From: Candidatus Pelearchaeum maunauluense
GTDB lineage: Archaea > Thermoproteota > Nitrososphaeria_A > Caldarchaeales > Caldarchaeaceae
Assembly: GCA_030059675.1 (NCBI GenBank)
Contig: JANVYQ010000004.1
Span: 32,001 to 96,000, forward strand
Direction of reading: 5' to 3'
Length of the DNA: 64,000 nucleotides
The translations under genes and the position numbers were made by a program. This document shows positions 30,263 to 40,612 of the stretch, piece by piece. Position 1 is the stretch's first letter; every line of letters begins with the position of its first letter. The notes under the pieces were generated by a model. The model did not search any database and was not told the origin of the DNA. It saw only the letters and a program-made list of their open reading frames with translations.

Positions 30263-33200
30263 TTGAGTTGGGTTAGAAGCCCCTTGACGGTCTCGCGGCT
30301 GGCTATATCAACAGCCGACGTGCTGGATGAGCTGGGATACGACTTCTACCAATTCACAACACAGCCCATAACACCCAGATTCTCTGACAAAACATTCAGC
30401 GAACTACTTCCACAACTGGCAACCTCCAACGAGCCACGCTGCGTAGCAATAGCTGGGATGCGCCTCTACGAGCATCAGGAAAAAACCATGAACGCCTTGA
30501 TGTTGGGCGAGAATGTAGTCCTAAAGTCGGGAACAGGCTCTGGCAAGACCGAGGCGTGGTTTCTATACTCGGCTATCAACGACGTGAAGACCATAGCAAT
30601 CTACCCAACTCTCGCTCTGGCTAATGACCAGCTAACTAGGCTAAAGGAATACACTGCCGCCCTGGGGAGGAAGACGCTCGCGCTTGACGCCTTGAAGAAG
30701 AGCAACATGCTAAAGAGGATGAGCTTCAGAGAACTGCGCAAAGAGCTGGGAGAATCGCATATACTCATAACAAACCCCGCGTTCCTCCTAAACGAGCTTA
30801 AGAAAATAGGTGCTGGAAAGCCGTCGCTTCTAAAACAGTTCATAGAGAAGGCAGGCCTCCTCGTGGTGGATGACTTTGACTTCTATGGACCGCGCTCCAT
30901 AGCGCTTCTCTTCAGCATGGTTAAGCTCCTAGTCCAGACAGTAAATCCTAATCTCCAGCTAGCGTTCATAACTGCAGCCCTAGAAAACCCGAATGAGGTA
31001 GCCCAATATCTAACCATGATAAACAACAGGAGAACATCAATAATAGAGGGACACGCGTTCCAACCAGCTAACAACTACTACATAGTGCTTGGAAAGAGCC
31101 TGCGTAGGACGTGGGAGGAGCTTAGAAACCAGATGCAGAAATTCCGCGACGCAGGAGCTGGGCATGATGTGATAAAGGCGCTGGAGGACTATCAGCTCTT
31201 CAAAAAGCTATACTTCAAGGTCATTGAGGTGGCTAGGGCTGCTGGGGTTAAGGTTCCAGAAGAAACGGTTGATGTGGCTGATATACTCGCTAGGTATGTC
31301 CAGGATGATGGTGTTACTCTGGTCTTTACGCGGGGTATTGCGCGTGCGGAAGAGCTTGCTCGGCGCGTGGCTTCCAAGCTTTCCAGCGACAGGGCTGTTG
31401 CTGCACACCACCATCTCCTACTAAAGACGCAGCGCGAAGAGGTTGAGGAGAGGGCTAGGAGAGGTGAGGTTAAGATACTCATTTCGCCAAGAACGCTAAG
31501 CCAGGGGATAGACATAGGCCTAGTGGTGCGCGCCGTCCATGTAGGCCTGCCAGACTCGGTTAGGGAGTTCAGGCAGCGCGAGGGTAGGAAGGGCAGGAGA
31601 CCAGAGATAGAGAGAACGGAGACCGTGATAATACCCAGCAGCCCCTGGGATAGAGACCTACTGACACGCGGGGTCGATGCATTAAGGAAATGGATAGAGC
31701 TGCCTGGGGAGAAAGTAATAGTCAATAAGGAAAATCTATACAGTAAGCTCTTTGAGACACTTTACCGCTTCATCTCCCCAAGCCTTAGGAAGACGCTCTC
31801 TCCAGAGGACTATAACTTCCTCAGGAGGCTGAGGCTTGAGGAGGATGGTGAGCTTACATTCAATGGGAAGAATACCTGGCTGAAGATGAACTTCTACGAG
31901 TTCGCCCCATCATACGGGATTAAACGCATGAGAACCACCGAGACGGGTGGAATTGAACGGCTTGAAGATATATCTCACGTGGATTTGGTTGAGAAATTCC
32001 AAATAGGATGCATAGATTATAGTAGCGATGGTATAGTCGTTGAGCATCGTTTAGGCGGCCGCTCCTCACGCGTTATTACCGCTGTGGTGGTTGATGACTT
32101 GGCGGAGAGGGTTATGCGCCACCACGACGCGCTGGCTTACGTGCTGGAGGAGTATGAGCGAACTAAAGCCAGATGGGGCGAGCCTCCCAACATAAGACGC
32201 GACTACTTCCACGGCAAGCTGCACAGCGAGGTCATATGTGTGGTCCACGCACCAAGCCAGGGCTTTGGACTCTACACGAAGATACCCAACAGAGTCCAGT
32301 GGAGGATATTATCTGATAGGAAGAGGATAGAGACCTTCGGAGATAGGACGCATATATACAGGGAGTGTAGAACCATGGTAGTCCCTACACCTACGCGAGG
32401 GATATACACAGACTACACTTATGGTATCAGCTTTGAGGTTGAGCCGCGCGAGAGTGTTGAGCTACTTCGTCTAGGGCTGGCGTTTATCATGATTCTTCTG
32501 CGCCGCTTGCTGGGTGTTGCATTTGACACAATAAAATATGACATTATGGTGATGGGTGAGAGGAAGGTCATAGGGATGCACGAGACGGAGAGCGCTGGGC
32601 TTCTAGCACGGTTGGACTGGAGCAAGTTATACGAAATGACCAAAAACTACACACCAGACGAGCTGGACGAAATATTCCTGGAAGAGGTTGATGAGCTCGC
32701 ATACTCCAGCTTCATAACGCTCAAACTAGACTGGGAAACAGTCAAGCAGCAGGCGCTGAACATAATAGACTACATAAGGCTTCGGGACACTCTCAGAATT
32801 AAGATAAGAGATCTCTCTCTGGATATTCCACGCCCATCCAGGGCGCTTAAACTAGTTACAGTATCCGTTGCCGATTTCACACTTCGCGAAGACCTGAGGA
32901 GCGGGCTATACGCTGTTGCCCTCTTTGATGGCGAAGAGATAACCCATGTAGTAGGGGTTAAGGAGCTGGGACAACCTGATGAAGAGGCCTCAAAAATACT
33001 TACGCGGATAACGCAGCTCATAAATCAGGGATTTAGAATAGCCGTTTACGAGTTGGAGTCGCTGAAGTCTGTACTCGCGTCCTCTGGCTTAAGCGGCCTC
33101 CAAGCGGTCTTGCTGGGAGCTGAGGGGATGGGGAAGCTGGTGAGAGTCCGCGACACGCTGGCAAGCTCCCTAGGCGATAGGCTACCCTTGGAAGTAGTGG

Positions 33201-33418
33201 AGGAAGCACTAGGGATGAAGCGCGAAGTAGCGTTGAAGGATATAATCTACAGCGTGGAGGAAGAGAAGAGGCGCATACCGAAGATGTCCTTCATCAGGAG
33301 TGTGCCAGAGCGTTTGAGCAGGAAGATAAGTCAATTCGTGCAGGATGAGGTTAGAAACATATACACAGCAGCCCTTGTTGCGGAGAAGCTAGCAAACAGC
33401 GGAGGGAGCGGTGGTTGA
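30263..33418 (+). CDS. Large SF2 helicase, Hrq1/MrfA/SftH-like, with extra C-terminal domain
   Basis: LYEHQ, GTGSGKT, YPTLALANDQ, ITNP, motif II DDFD, LSQGIDIG, QREGRKGRR. Confidence 0.88.
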   Translation: MSWVRSPLTVSRLAISTADVLDELGYDFYQFTTQPITPRFSDKTFSELLPQLATSNEPRCVAIAGMRLYEHQEKTMNALMLGENVVLKSGTGSGKTEAWFLYSAINDVKTIAIYPTLALANDQLTRLKEYTAALGRKTLALDALKKSNMLKRMSFRELRKELGESHILITNPAFLLNELKKIGAGKPSLLKQFIEKAGLLVVDDFDFYGPRSIALLFSMVKLLVQTVNPNLQLAFITAALENPNEVAQYLTMINNRRTSIIEGHAFQPANNYYIVLGKSLRRTWEELRNQMQKFRDAGAGHDVIKALEDYQLFKKLYFKVIEVARAAGVKVPEETVDVADILARYVQDDGVTLVFTRGIARAEELARRVASKLSSDRAVAAHHHLLLKTQREEVEERARRGEVKILISPRTLSQGIDIGLVVRAVHVGLPDSVREFRQREGRKGRRPEIERTETVIIPSSPWDRDLLTRGVDALRKWIELPGEKVIVNKENLYSKLFETLYRFISPSLRKTLSPEDYNFLRRLRLEEDGELTFNGKNTWLKMNFYEFAPSYGIKRMRTTETGGIERLEDISHVDLVEKFQIGCIDYSSDGIVVEHRLGGRSSRVITAVVVDDLAERVMRHHDALAYVLEEYERTKARWGEPPNIRRDYFHGKLHSEVICVVHAPSQGFGLYTKIPNRVQWRILSDRKRIETFGDRTHIYRECRTMVVPTPTRGIYTDYTYGISFEVEPRESVELLRLGLAFIMILLRRLLGVAFDTIKYDIMVMGERKVIGMHETESAGLLARLDWSKLYEMTKNYTPDELDEIFLEEVDELAYSSFITLKLDWETVKQQALNIIDYIRLRDTLRIKIRDLSLDIPRPSRALKLVTVSVADFTLREDLRSGLYAVALFDGEEITHVVGVKELGQPDEEASKILTRITQLINQGFRIAVYELESLKSVLASSGLSGLQAVLLGAEGMGKLVRVRDTLASSLGDRLPLEVVEEALGMKREVALKDIIYSVEEEKRRIPKMSFIRSVPERLSRKISQFVQDEVRNIYTAALVAEKLANSGGSGG

Positions 33419-33981
33419 GAATAGCCCTCGACGTGGATGGGGTTTTGGCAGACCTGCTCGGTGCGTGGCTCCGAGTCTATCAAGAGGAGACAGGCCGCTA
33501 CATAGAGAGAAGCGAGGTAGATAGCTGGGAGTTCTGGGCAAAATACGGAATAACGCGCAGCGAGTTTATGAAATACATGATAAGGGCCTGGAGTAGGTGG
33601 TGGGAGATAACGCCGCTGGAAGACGACATGGCGGAAGATGCGGATAAACTATCAAGATACGGTGATGTGGATATAGTAACCCAAAGACCAGCTAAGACAA
33701 TATCATACGTCAAGAAATGGCTTGATAAGCATGGGGTTAAGTATAGGCGATTTACATGGGTTCCTCCTAGCAAGAGTAAATCGGAGTATGGCTATGATGT
33801 GTATATTGACGACTCGCCGCGCTTGGCTGAGGAGCTACAGCGGCAGGGAAGGCTTATGCTGCTCTACAACCAGCCTTGGAATAGTGAGGTCCGCGGCAGT
33901 AGTGTTATTAAGCGGGTAAACTCGCTTGACGAATGCGCAGACCAGCTGGAGAAGCTGGTTAATGGTGGTTCCCTTGTATAA
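33415..33981 (+). CDS. HAD 5'(3')-deoxyribonucleotidase (NT5C-like)
   Basis: IALDVDGVLAD, IVTQR, YIDDSP, YNQPWN; start overlaps the helicase stop. Confidence 0.9.
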   Translation: MRIALDVDGVLADLLGAWLRVYQEETGRYIERSEVDSWEFWAKYGITRSEFMKYMIRAWSRWWEITPLEDDMAEDADKLSRYGDVDIVTQRPAKTISYVKKWLDKHGVKYRRFTWVPPSKSKSEYGYDVYIDDSPRLAEELQRQGRLMLLYNQPWNSEVRGSSVIKRVNSLDECADQLEKLVNGGSLV

Positions 33982-34516
33982 GGAAGTTCCGCATGAACGG
34001 GTGCATCGCCTATTCTACCCTGTAATACCTGTGATAATAACCGCCGAGCACAGCGGAACCATAGGCGCTATGATGGCGAGTAGCTGCATACCCATGTCGC
34101 TTAACCCATCTATGGTTGGTGTAGCTATAATGACTACACACACGACGCATAGGCTTGTTAAGGAGTCAGGCCAGTTCGCTGTATGTTGGCTCTCATATGA
34201 TAAGCTTGACAAGGCTGTATATGTGGGCGAGACGTCTGGAGTTGGGGTGCAGGACAAGCTTAAGGCGGCTGGGTTATCTCATAAGCCTGGTAGGAGGCTG
34301 TCAGTCCCAATACCTGATGAAGCTGTTGCGTGGCTTGAATGCAAGGTAGTGTGGAGCAGGGTATCAGGAGACCATGAACTCTTCGCCGCAGATGTGGTTG
34401 CCGCATACGCGCATGAAGATTTCGGAGAATACTGGAGATTTGAGAGCTACACGCCCATATTCTATGTGGGGAAAGCCAGGCCAGGCGCTAGTCGCTACGT
34501 CCCCTTCAGGCTCTAG
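33962..34516 (+). CDS. Flavin reductase-like (flavoredoxin) protein
   Basis: RLFYP.IPVII, SLNPSMVGVAI, GETSG..QDK, WLECKV, GDHELF. Confidence 0.88.
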   Translation: MVVPLYKEVPHERVHRLFYPVIPVIITAEHSGTIGAMMASSCIPMSLNPSMVGVAIMTTHTTHRLVKESGQFAVCWLSYDKLDKAVYVGETSGVGVQDKLKAAGLSHKPGRRLSVPIPDEAVAWLECKVVWSRVSGDHELFAADVVAAYAHEDFGEYWRFESYTPIFYVGKARPGASRYVPFRL

Positions 34517-35127
34517 CGCATTACTGGGCTTCTCCTCACATGCTTTCCGGAGCCACCCTTAAACCGCTCCTCAAACCACACATTACCGCGCTCCGCATAG
34601 CCGAAAATCTCCCAGTAGCCATCGCGGTATTCGTTCATAAACTCTATCCCAGTAAGCCACTTAGCGCTCTTCCACCCGTAGAGATGCGGTATGAATGGTC
34701 TTGCTGGAAAGCCCTGCTCGTGGCGTAATGGCTTTCCATCCATCCTCAACGCCACTATAGCATCTTCATGGAGAGCGTCCTCCAGCGGTATGGGCGTGGT
34801 ATAACCATCGGCGCAGTGGAACATAACCCAACGAGCCTCAGGAAGCGGCTGAGCCATCTCCGCGAGAAGCCTAATACCTACGCCCTCCCAGCTAACCTGC
34901 TTAATAGACCACTTGGTTACACAGTGGAAAGACCTCACATACCTTATCTTGGGCAACTTATCAAGCTCCTCATACGTAAGCTCCAGCTCGTCCTTAACTA
35001 GGCCATTTATCTTTAGACGCCATTCATTAATGTCTATCTTGGGTATCCCAAGTGCTGCGTATATTATCCAGCTTCTGCCCCATACCTGGCCTGGGGGAAG
35101 CTGCTCCTCGCTGGTCGCCTGAACCAT
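34513..35127 (-). CDS. Sulfite-oxidase-family molybdopterin oxidoreductase (YuiH-like)
   Basis: LPPGQ, FHCVTKWS, DGYTT, GFPAR, YGWKSAKW, GYWE. Confidence 0.92.
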   Translation of the reverse strand: MVQATSEEQLPPGQVWGRSWIIYAALGIPKIDINEWRLKINGLVKDELELTYEELDKLPKIRYVRSFHCVTKWSIKQVSWEGVGIRLLAEMAQPLPEARWVMFHCADGYTTPIPLEDALHEDAIVALRMDGKPLRHEQGFPARPFIPHLYGWKSAKWLTGIEFMNEYRDGYWEIFGYAERGNVWFEERFKGGSGKHVRRSPVMR

Positions 35128-35210
35128 AGCTTACCAACATGCTGGGGAGGGAGCTGCTTTTAGTCTTAGCGCCATCACTCATAAAAACACGAAATAACAG
35201 GGATGGAGGT

Positions 35211-35747
35211 ATGGAAAGACACGAGATTGTTGAGGAGCTGATAAAGACAAACCTGGCCGTTAGGGACTTTAAGGAGGAAGATGTGCCCCGCGATGTTATA
35301 CTGAGGATTCTTGAGATTGGGCGGTTGGCGCATAGCTCAAAGAATACACAGCCCTGGAGGTTTGTGGTAGTCAGGGATAAGGCGAAGCTATATGAGATTA
35401 GCAGGACAACACCGACGGGAGCGCATATAGCGCGAGCATCTTTTGCAATAGCCCTCTTCACGGAGAACGCTAAGCTCCCAGAGATTGATGGAGCGAGAGC
35501 CATGGAGGACATGATTCTATACGCCTGGTCCATGGGCATAGGCTCGTGCTGGATAACCAACTTTGACGAAGACAGGGTTAAGAAGCTGCTGAAAGCGCCA
35601 GCGTCTTGGCGGCTCATAACGGTAATCCCATTCGGCTACCCAAGGAATCCCAAGCGACTTGGGCGTAAGAGGAGAAAACCTCTCAGCGAGCTGGCCTGCT
35701 ACGAAGAATATGGAAAATCGATAATGGAGTTGGCAGAAGAGAGATAA
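35211..35747 (+). CDS. Nitroreductase family protein
   Basis: AVRDF, AHSSKNTQPWRFVVV, AWSMGIGSCW, PFGYP, RKPLSE. Confidence 0.9.
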   Translation: MERHEIVEELIKTNLAVRDFKEEDVPRDVILRILEIGRLAHSSKNTQPWRFVVVRDKAKLYEISRTTPTGAHIARASFAIALFTENAKLPEIDGARAMEDMILYAWSMGIGSCWITNFDEDRVKKLLKAPASWRLITVIPFGYPRNPKRLGRKRRKPLSELACYEEYGKSIMELAEER

Positions 35748-35804
35748 GTATATAGATGGTTCTATTGATGCCTGGTTAAAGGAGCTGGGAGGCTGAATAG
35801 AGAT

Positions 35805-37829
35805 ATGAGTATCTTCACCTTCATACCTCTCATCGCATCGGTGCTTGCGGTAGCCGCTGCTGGCGGTCTCTATGCATGGCTCCGCAACCAGTCGCCTGGA
35901 AATGAGAAGATGGTGAGCATCTCCTCAGCCGTCCGCGAGGGTGCTGTGGCCTTCATCATGCGCGAATATAAGACAATAGCACCGATAGGCGTTGTGATAG
36001 GTGTTCTCATAGCCTTGGCGATAGATGTGGCGGTAGCAGTGTCATTCGCGGTCGGGGCTACGCTCTCAGCGATAGCTGGAATAGTTTCTATTATGACGAC
36101 AGTAGGTGCAGCACCTAGAGCGGCTGAAGCAACCAAGAAAGGAATAGGAGCTACACTACTAGCTTCATTTAGGGGAGGCGCTACCGCAGGCCTCATAATA
36201 ACAGCCATGGCACTACTCGCAGTTACCCTGCTCTACATAATTTACCCAGACCCAGTTGCCGTGGCTGGGGCGGGATTCGGGGCAAGCCTAGTGGCGCTCT
36301 TCATACGAGCAGGCGGCGGGATATACACGAAGGCCGCGGACCTAGGCGCGGACCTGGTGGGTAAGATAGAGGCTGGAATCCCAGAAGACGACCCGCGAAA
36401 CCCCGCAACCATAGCAGATAACGTGGGCGACAACGTGGGCGATGCTGCTGGGATGGGGGCAGACGTATACGAGTCGTATGTAGTAACGCTGCTGGCAGCT
36501 ATGCTCTTGGGCGGCATACTGGGAGTCAGCGAGCTGGTAATACTCCCACTACTGGTTGGCGGCGCTGGCCTAATCGCCTCAATAGTCGGAGTATTCACAG
36601 TAGGGGGCAAGAACGTATCAAACCCCATGACGCCCCTCAACACATCATTTATAGTCGCAGCAATATTGGCAATAATCCTAGACTTGATAATAACCACCAC
36701 GCTCATAGGGAATAACATGCTCGCCTACGCCCTCTTCGCCTCGGCCCTGCTAGGAGTTATCCTAGTTCCTATAATACAGCGCATAACCGACTACTACACG
36801 AACTATATCTATAAGCCTGTTAAGGCTGTTGCCGAAGCAACAAAGATAGGGCATAGCGCCAACATACTTGAGGGGATAAGCCAAGGCCTCAAATCAACTC
36901 TACCCCTGGCACTATCCCTCATCATAGCCATCGTGGTGAGCTACTACGCTGTCTTCTCAGTATCGGGAGACACGCTGCTGGGAATCTACGCCACAGCGAT
37001 AACTACGATGGCCATGCTCAGCCTCGCGGGTATCGTATTATCAATAGACAGCTTCGGCCCAGTAAGCGACAACGCTGGCGGTATTGTAGAGATGTCTGGC
37101 ATGAGTGAGGAGAATAGAAACGTAACCGACCAGCTGGACGCCGTAGGAAACACGGCAAAAGCTACGACAAAAGGATTCGCGATAGCTAGTGCAGCGCTCG
37201 CGGCGCTGGCTATGATACAGGCATTCCAGCACGAGGCCCAGAAATTCTTCGCAGAACGCGCGTTTGAGTATAGCCTCACCAACCCAGTCGTGATAGTAGG
37301 CCTCCTCATAGGCGCCCTACTTCCCTTCTACATAAGCAGCAGGCTAATCACAGCAGTCGGAAACACGGCTGCAAAGATAGTCGAGGAAGTCAGGCAGCAA
37401 TTCAAGAATAACCCTGGGATACTTGAGGGAACCGCAAGGCCGAACTATGCGCGCGTGGTTGACATAGCAACCAGCGGGGCTATAAAAGAGCTGTTTGCAC
37501 CAGCGGCCATAGTAGTAATAACCCCTATACTCGTCGGCGTCTTGCTCGGACCAGAGGCGGTAGTCGGTGTTCTCACAGGGGCCGTGCTAAGCGGCCTCTA
37601 CCTAGCATACCACATGGCAAATAGCGGCGCCGCATGGGACAACGCCAAGAAATATCTGGAAGTGATTGGTAAGAAGAAGACACCAGAACACGCTATAGCG
37701 GTCTCAGGAGACTTGGTCGGAGACCCGTATAAGGATACCGCAGGCCCAAGCCTCAACACGGTGATTAAGGTTCTCAACACTGTGGCGATAGTCTTCGTCT
37801 CGGTATTCCTAGGGCTACTGGTGCTATGA
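35805..37829 (+). CDS. hppA: Membrane-bound pyrophosphatase, predicted K+-independent H+-pump
   Basis: GGGIYTKAADLGADLVGKIE, DNVGDNVGD, GNTAKATTKG (Lys at the K+-determinant position), GDPYKDTAGPS. Confidence 0.95.
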   Translation: MSIFTFIPLIASVLAVAAAGGLYAWLRNQSPGNEKMVSISSAVREGAVAFIMREYKTIAPIGVVIGVLIALAIDVAVAVSFAVGATLSAIAGIVSIMTTVGAAPRAAEATKKGIGATLLASFRGGATAGLIITAMALLAVTLLYIIYPDPVAVAGAGFGASLVALFIRAGGGIYTKAADLGADLVGKIEAGIPEDDPRNPATIADNVGDNVGDAAGMGADVYESYVVTLLAAMLLGGILGVSELVILPLLVGGAGLIASIVGVFTVGGKNVSNPMTPLNTSFIVAAILAIILDLIITTTLIGNNMLAYALFASALLGVILVPIIQRITDYYTNYIYKPVKAVAEATKIGHSANILEGISQGLKSTLPLALSLIIAIVVSYYAVFSVSGDTLLGIYATAITTMAMLSLAGIVLSIDSFGPVSDNAGGIVEMSGMSEENRNVTDQLDAVGNTAKATTKGFAIASAALAALAMIQAFQHEAQKFFAERAFEYSLTNPVVIVGLLIGALLPFYISSRLITAVGNTAAKIVEEVRQQFKNNPGILEGTARPNYARVVDIATSGAIKELFAPAAIVVITPILVGVLLGPEAVVGVLTGAVLSGLYLAYHMANSGAAWDNAKKYLEVIGKKKTPEHAIAVSGDLVGDPYKDTAGPSLNTVIKVLNTVAIVFVSVFLGLLVL

Positions 37830-39031
37830 CGATACTCATACGAAACGCGCGGCTAGTTGGGCATGATGGTCTCTGGTCAATACTCGTCGGGGAAGGTCTC
37901 ATAAGAAGAGTATCCCGCGAGCTAGGTGGCGGGGCTGATACTGTTATAGACGCTGGGGGAGGACTTGTTACCGAGAGCCACGTAATACCACACCTCCACC
38001 TAGATAAGGTGGATACCATAAACCTGGTGGGCGACGCAGCGTTACAGCACTACCACGCCGAGGAGATGCTGAGCGCCGAACAAGCCATTAGAGTCGCGTC
38101 GCTGGTGAAGGAAACATATACGGAAGATGAGATAATCATGCGGGCCAGACGGGTCTGCCTAATGGCTGTGGAGAACGGCGTTACACATGTAAGGGCTTTC
38201 GCCGACGTGGATAAGAAGGCGCGGCTCACAGCATTAAGAGCGTTAAAGAAGCTCAAAAAAGAGCTGGCTGGAATCCTCACTATTGACATAGTGGCGTTTC
38301 CCCAAGAGGGTTTCGCGGAAGATGCCGAGAACGAGGAAATGCTCATAAAAGCTGTTGAGGAAGGAGCAGATGTTGTAGGAGGAATACCATGGATTGAACC
38401 CACGCGCGAGAAGCAGCTCTACCACGTAAAGCGGGTCTTTGACGCTGCCACACAATACGATACTCCTGCAGCATTCTTAAGCGACGATACGGGAAACCCA
38501 GAAATGAGAACAACCGAGATGATACTAAAGGAGACCGAGCAACGCGGCTGGAAGGGGAGGGTAGAGATATGCCACGCAAGGGCATTAGCCAAATACCCAG
38601 AAGAATATCTAAAGACAATCACCAACAAGCTAAAACTGCTGGATGTAAGTATCGTTGTTAATCCCCATACAGGGCCTGTCGTAGCGCCTGTGAAGACGCT
38701 ATTAGAGAACGGTGTCAACGTCGCTTTGGGTCAGGATGACTGTGCCGACGCTTACTACCCATATGGTAGGTGCAACATGTTGGAGGTGGCTTTCCTAGCG
38801 TCGCACCTATTGAGGATGATGACTTCCAGAGACCAGCGGATACTCTATGAGATGATAACAACGCGGGCGGCTCGCGCAATAGAAATAGAGGGGCACAAAA
38901 TCCATGAAGGCGCCAAAGCAAACCTAATACTATACAGAGAGAAGACCATAAGCGAGCTCCTCCGATACCAGCCGAAGCCGGTGCTGGTTGTTAAGAACGG
39001 TGAGATAACGCGGTCGGTGGGAGTTGATTAG
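37826..39031 (+). CDS. Metal-dependent amidohydrolase (cytosine deaminase CodA-like)
   Basis: PHLHLDK, VAFPQEG, DVVGGIP, GVNVALGQD, YYPYG. Confidence 0.88.
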   Translation: MTILIRNARLVGHDGLWSILVGEGLIRRVSRELGGGADTVIDAGGGLVTESHVIPHLHLDKVDTINLVGDAALQHYHAEEMLSAEQAIRVASLVKETYTEDEIIMRARRVCLMAVENGVTHVRAFADVDKKARLTALRALKKLKKELAGILTIDIVAFPQEGFAEDAENEEMLIKAVEEGADVVGGIPWIEPTREKQLYHVKRVFDAATQYDTPAAFLSDDTGNPEMRTTEMILKETEQRGWKGRVEICHARALAKYPEEYLKTITNKLKLLDVSIVVNPHTGPVVAPVKTLLENGVNVALGQDDCADAYYPYGRCNMLEVAFLASHLLRMMTSRDQRILYEMITTRAARAIEIEGHKIHEGAKANLILYREKTISELLRYQPKPVLVVKNGEITRSVGVD

Positions 39032-39540
39032 CCTCCCAAAACGCGTTGAGCAAGCCTCCAGAACTTATCATCAACGTGGTGTATGTTGACTAGTATCTTC
39101 CCCCGCTGCATCTCCGCTGCTTTCTCAGAATCTTCTAACGCTACACCCACCGCCAGTGGTTTTCCATACGTCTCGTCGCGCACAACCACAAGATCGCCAC
39201 TTTTGAAACTCTTCTCAAAGCGCGTGATTCCAGGCCTCATTATATGGGCGCCGCTGGCTACGTGTGGTATCGCTCCCCTATCCACTCTCACGCTGGGAAG
39301 CTTGTCAAGCAGATTAACCCCCTCTCCCTCCAGAGCTGGTACGACACGCTCCTCGCGCACAATAAACACATAATTCCCTATCAATAGTATTTTATTTCCA
39401 GATTCGTCCAATACTTCCCGCACATCGCCTTTCATAAAGAGCCGCCTAAACTCCTCGTCGGAGAAAAACGTCCCAACCTTATCGCGGAGAGCATTCTTCT
39501 CCCTAGAGCTCAGATACCTAACACGCAATTCAACACGCAC
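39028..39540 (-). CDS. PUA-domain RNA-binding protein (MCTS1/Tma20-like)
   Basis: VDRGAIPHVASGAHIMRPGI...KPLAVG...RGK...NIHHVDD. Confidence 0.9.
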   Translation of the reverse strand: MRVELRVRYLSSREKNALRDKVGTFFSDEEFRRLFMKGDVREVLDESGNKILLIGNYVFIVREERVVPALEGEGVNLLDKLPSVRVDRGAIPHVASGAHIMRPGITRFEKSFKSGDLVVVRDETYGKPLAVGVALEDSEKAAEMQRGKILVNIHHVDDKFWRLAQRVLGG

Positions 39541-39552
39541 CCATATACCAGG

Positions 39553-40428
39553 CTATGCCCATCTCTCTAACACTCTAAAAACCTTAGGCGCGGCGTACAT
39601 CGCTACGAATACGACCGCACCGTACATAAAGACTGAAAGCCAGCCGCTTAACGCTTGTGTCAAGTATGCTGGAAGTGAGGAGATTAACGCTCCGATAAGA
39701 AATCTCCTGAGGCGTAGTTTGTTGCTCTTTGTATCTGAAAATAGCTCATGCCCCTTGAGTATGTTTATGCTCGTTATCAACGCTATTAGCGCTGCTCCCA
39801 GCGGGGCGGGTGATGGGTTATTCATGACGAGTCCAGCTAGCGTTGCAGCCGCCGCAAACCCTATGAGAAAAATACCTAGGCTCCTTCCTTCTATGTGCGG
39901 GTTAGCCGCGCGGTAGAGTATGGCAACCACAAAGCCAAACAGAAGGCCTCCCAAGACATCGCCGAGGTAATGCACACCTAGATAAACACGGCTCAGGGCC
40001 ATGAGGCTGGGAATTACTATGGCTGCCGTAAGGAATATCAGCTCACGCCTCTGGAAGAAGAGTAGTGGATAGAATGTGGCTGCCGCCATGGCATGGCCGC
40101 TTGGAAAGCCAAAGCCAGAGGGCCTATACTCAACAAGCCAAAAGTCGGAAGGCGGCCTCTCCATCATGAGCAAGTTCTTGAAAAACCTGTTTGTGATTAC
40201 AGAAACCAGTAATGCGTGGAGGAGGAGAAAACCAAGCCTCCTACTCCAGCACCAGTATATGGCAGTGCATATCAGTAAGTAGGCCGCCTCACTACCTAAC
40301 GCTGACACTGCGAGGAAAAACGGGAAGCCTCCCTCACCGAATAGATGCTGAACAGACAATACCATCTCAGTGGAGAAGAGGGAATCAAGCCATGACAAGC
40401 CAATCAGCCAACCCGTAGAAGCTGACAA
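39553..40428 (-). CDS. PAP2 family membrane phosphatase
   Basis: KNLLMMERP, GFPSGHA, SRVYLGVHYLGDV. The TTG at 40428 is preferred because longer starts overlap tRNA-Leu. Confidence 0.9.
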   Translation of the reverse strand: MSASTGWLIGLSWLDSLFSTEMVLSVQHLFGEGGFPFFLAVSALGSEAAYLLICTAIYWCWSRRLGFLLLHALLVSVITNRFFKNLLMMERPPSDFWLVEYRPSGFGFPSGHAMAAATFYPLLFFQRRELIFLTAAIVIPSLMALSRVYLGVHYLGDVLGGLLFGFVVAILYRAANPHIEGRSLGIFLIGFAAAATLAGLVMNNPSPAPLGAALIALITSINILKGHELFSDTKSNKLRLRRFLIGALISSLPAYLTQALSGWLSVFMYGAVVFVAMYAAPKVFRVLERWA

Positions 40429-40462
40429 ATTTATAACTACGCGCACACCATGCAACGGTGAG

Positions 40463-40580
40463 GCGGGGGTCGCCAAGCCTGGTCAAAACCCATGGCAGAA
40501 GCCAGGCCAAGACCAGCGGCGCAGGGTTCAGGCCCCTGTCCCGAAGGGGTTCGTGGGTTCAAATCCCACCCCCCGCACCA
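40463..40580 (+). tRNA. tRNA-Leu(CAG) with a 30-nt D-loop intron (about 40487-40516, position 21/22) and encoded CCA
   Basis: GCGGGGG acceptor, CAGGG-TTCAGGC-CCCTG, long variable arm, GTGGG-TTCAAAT-CCCAC. A GGTC/GACC central helix flanks the intron; TATA TTTATAA at 40430-40436. Confidence 0.92.
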
Positions 40581-40612
40581 AGGCTAACGAGACGCCCATA
40601 ATTCCAATTCTG

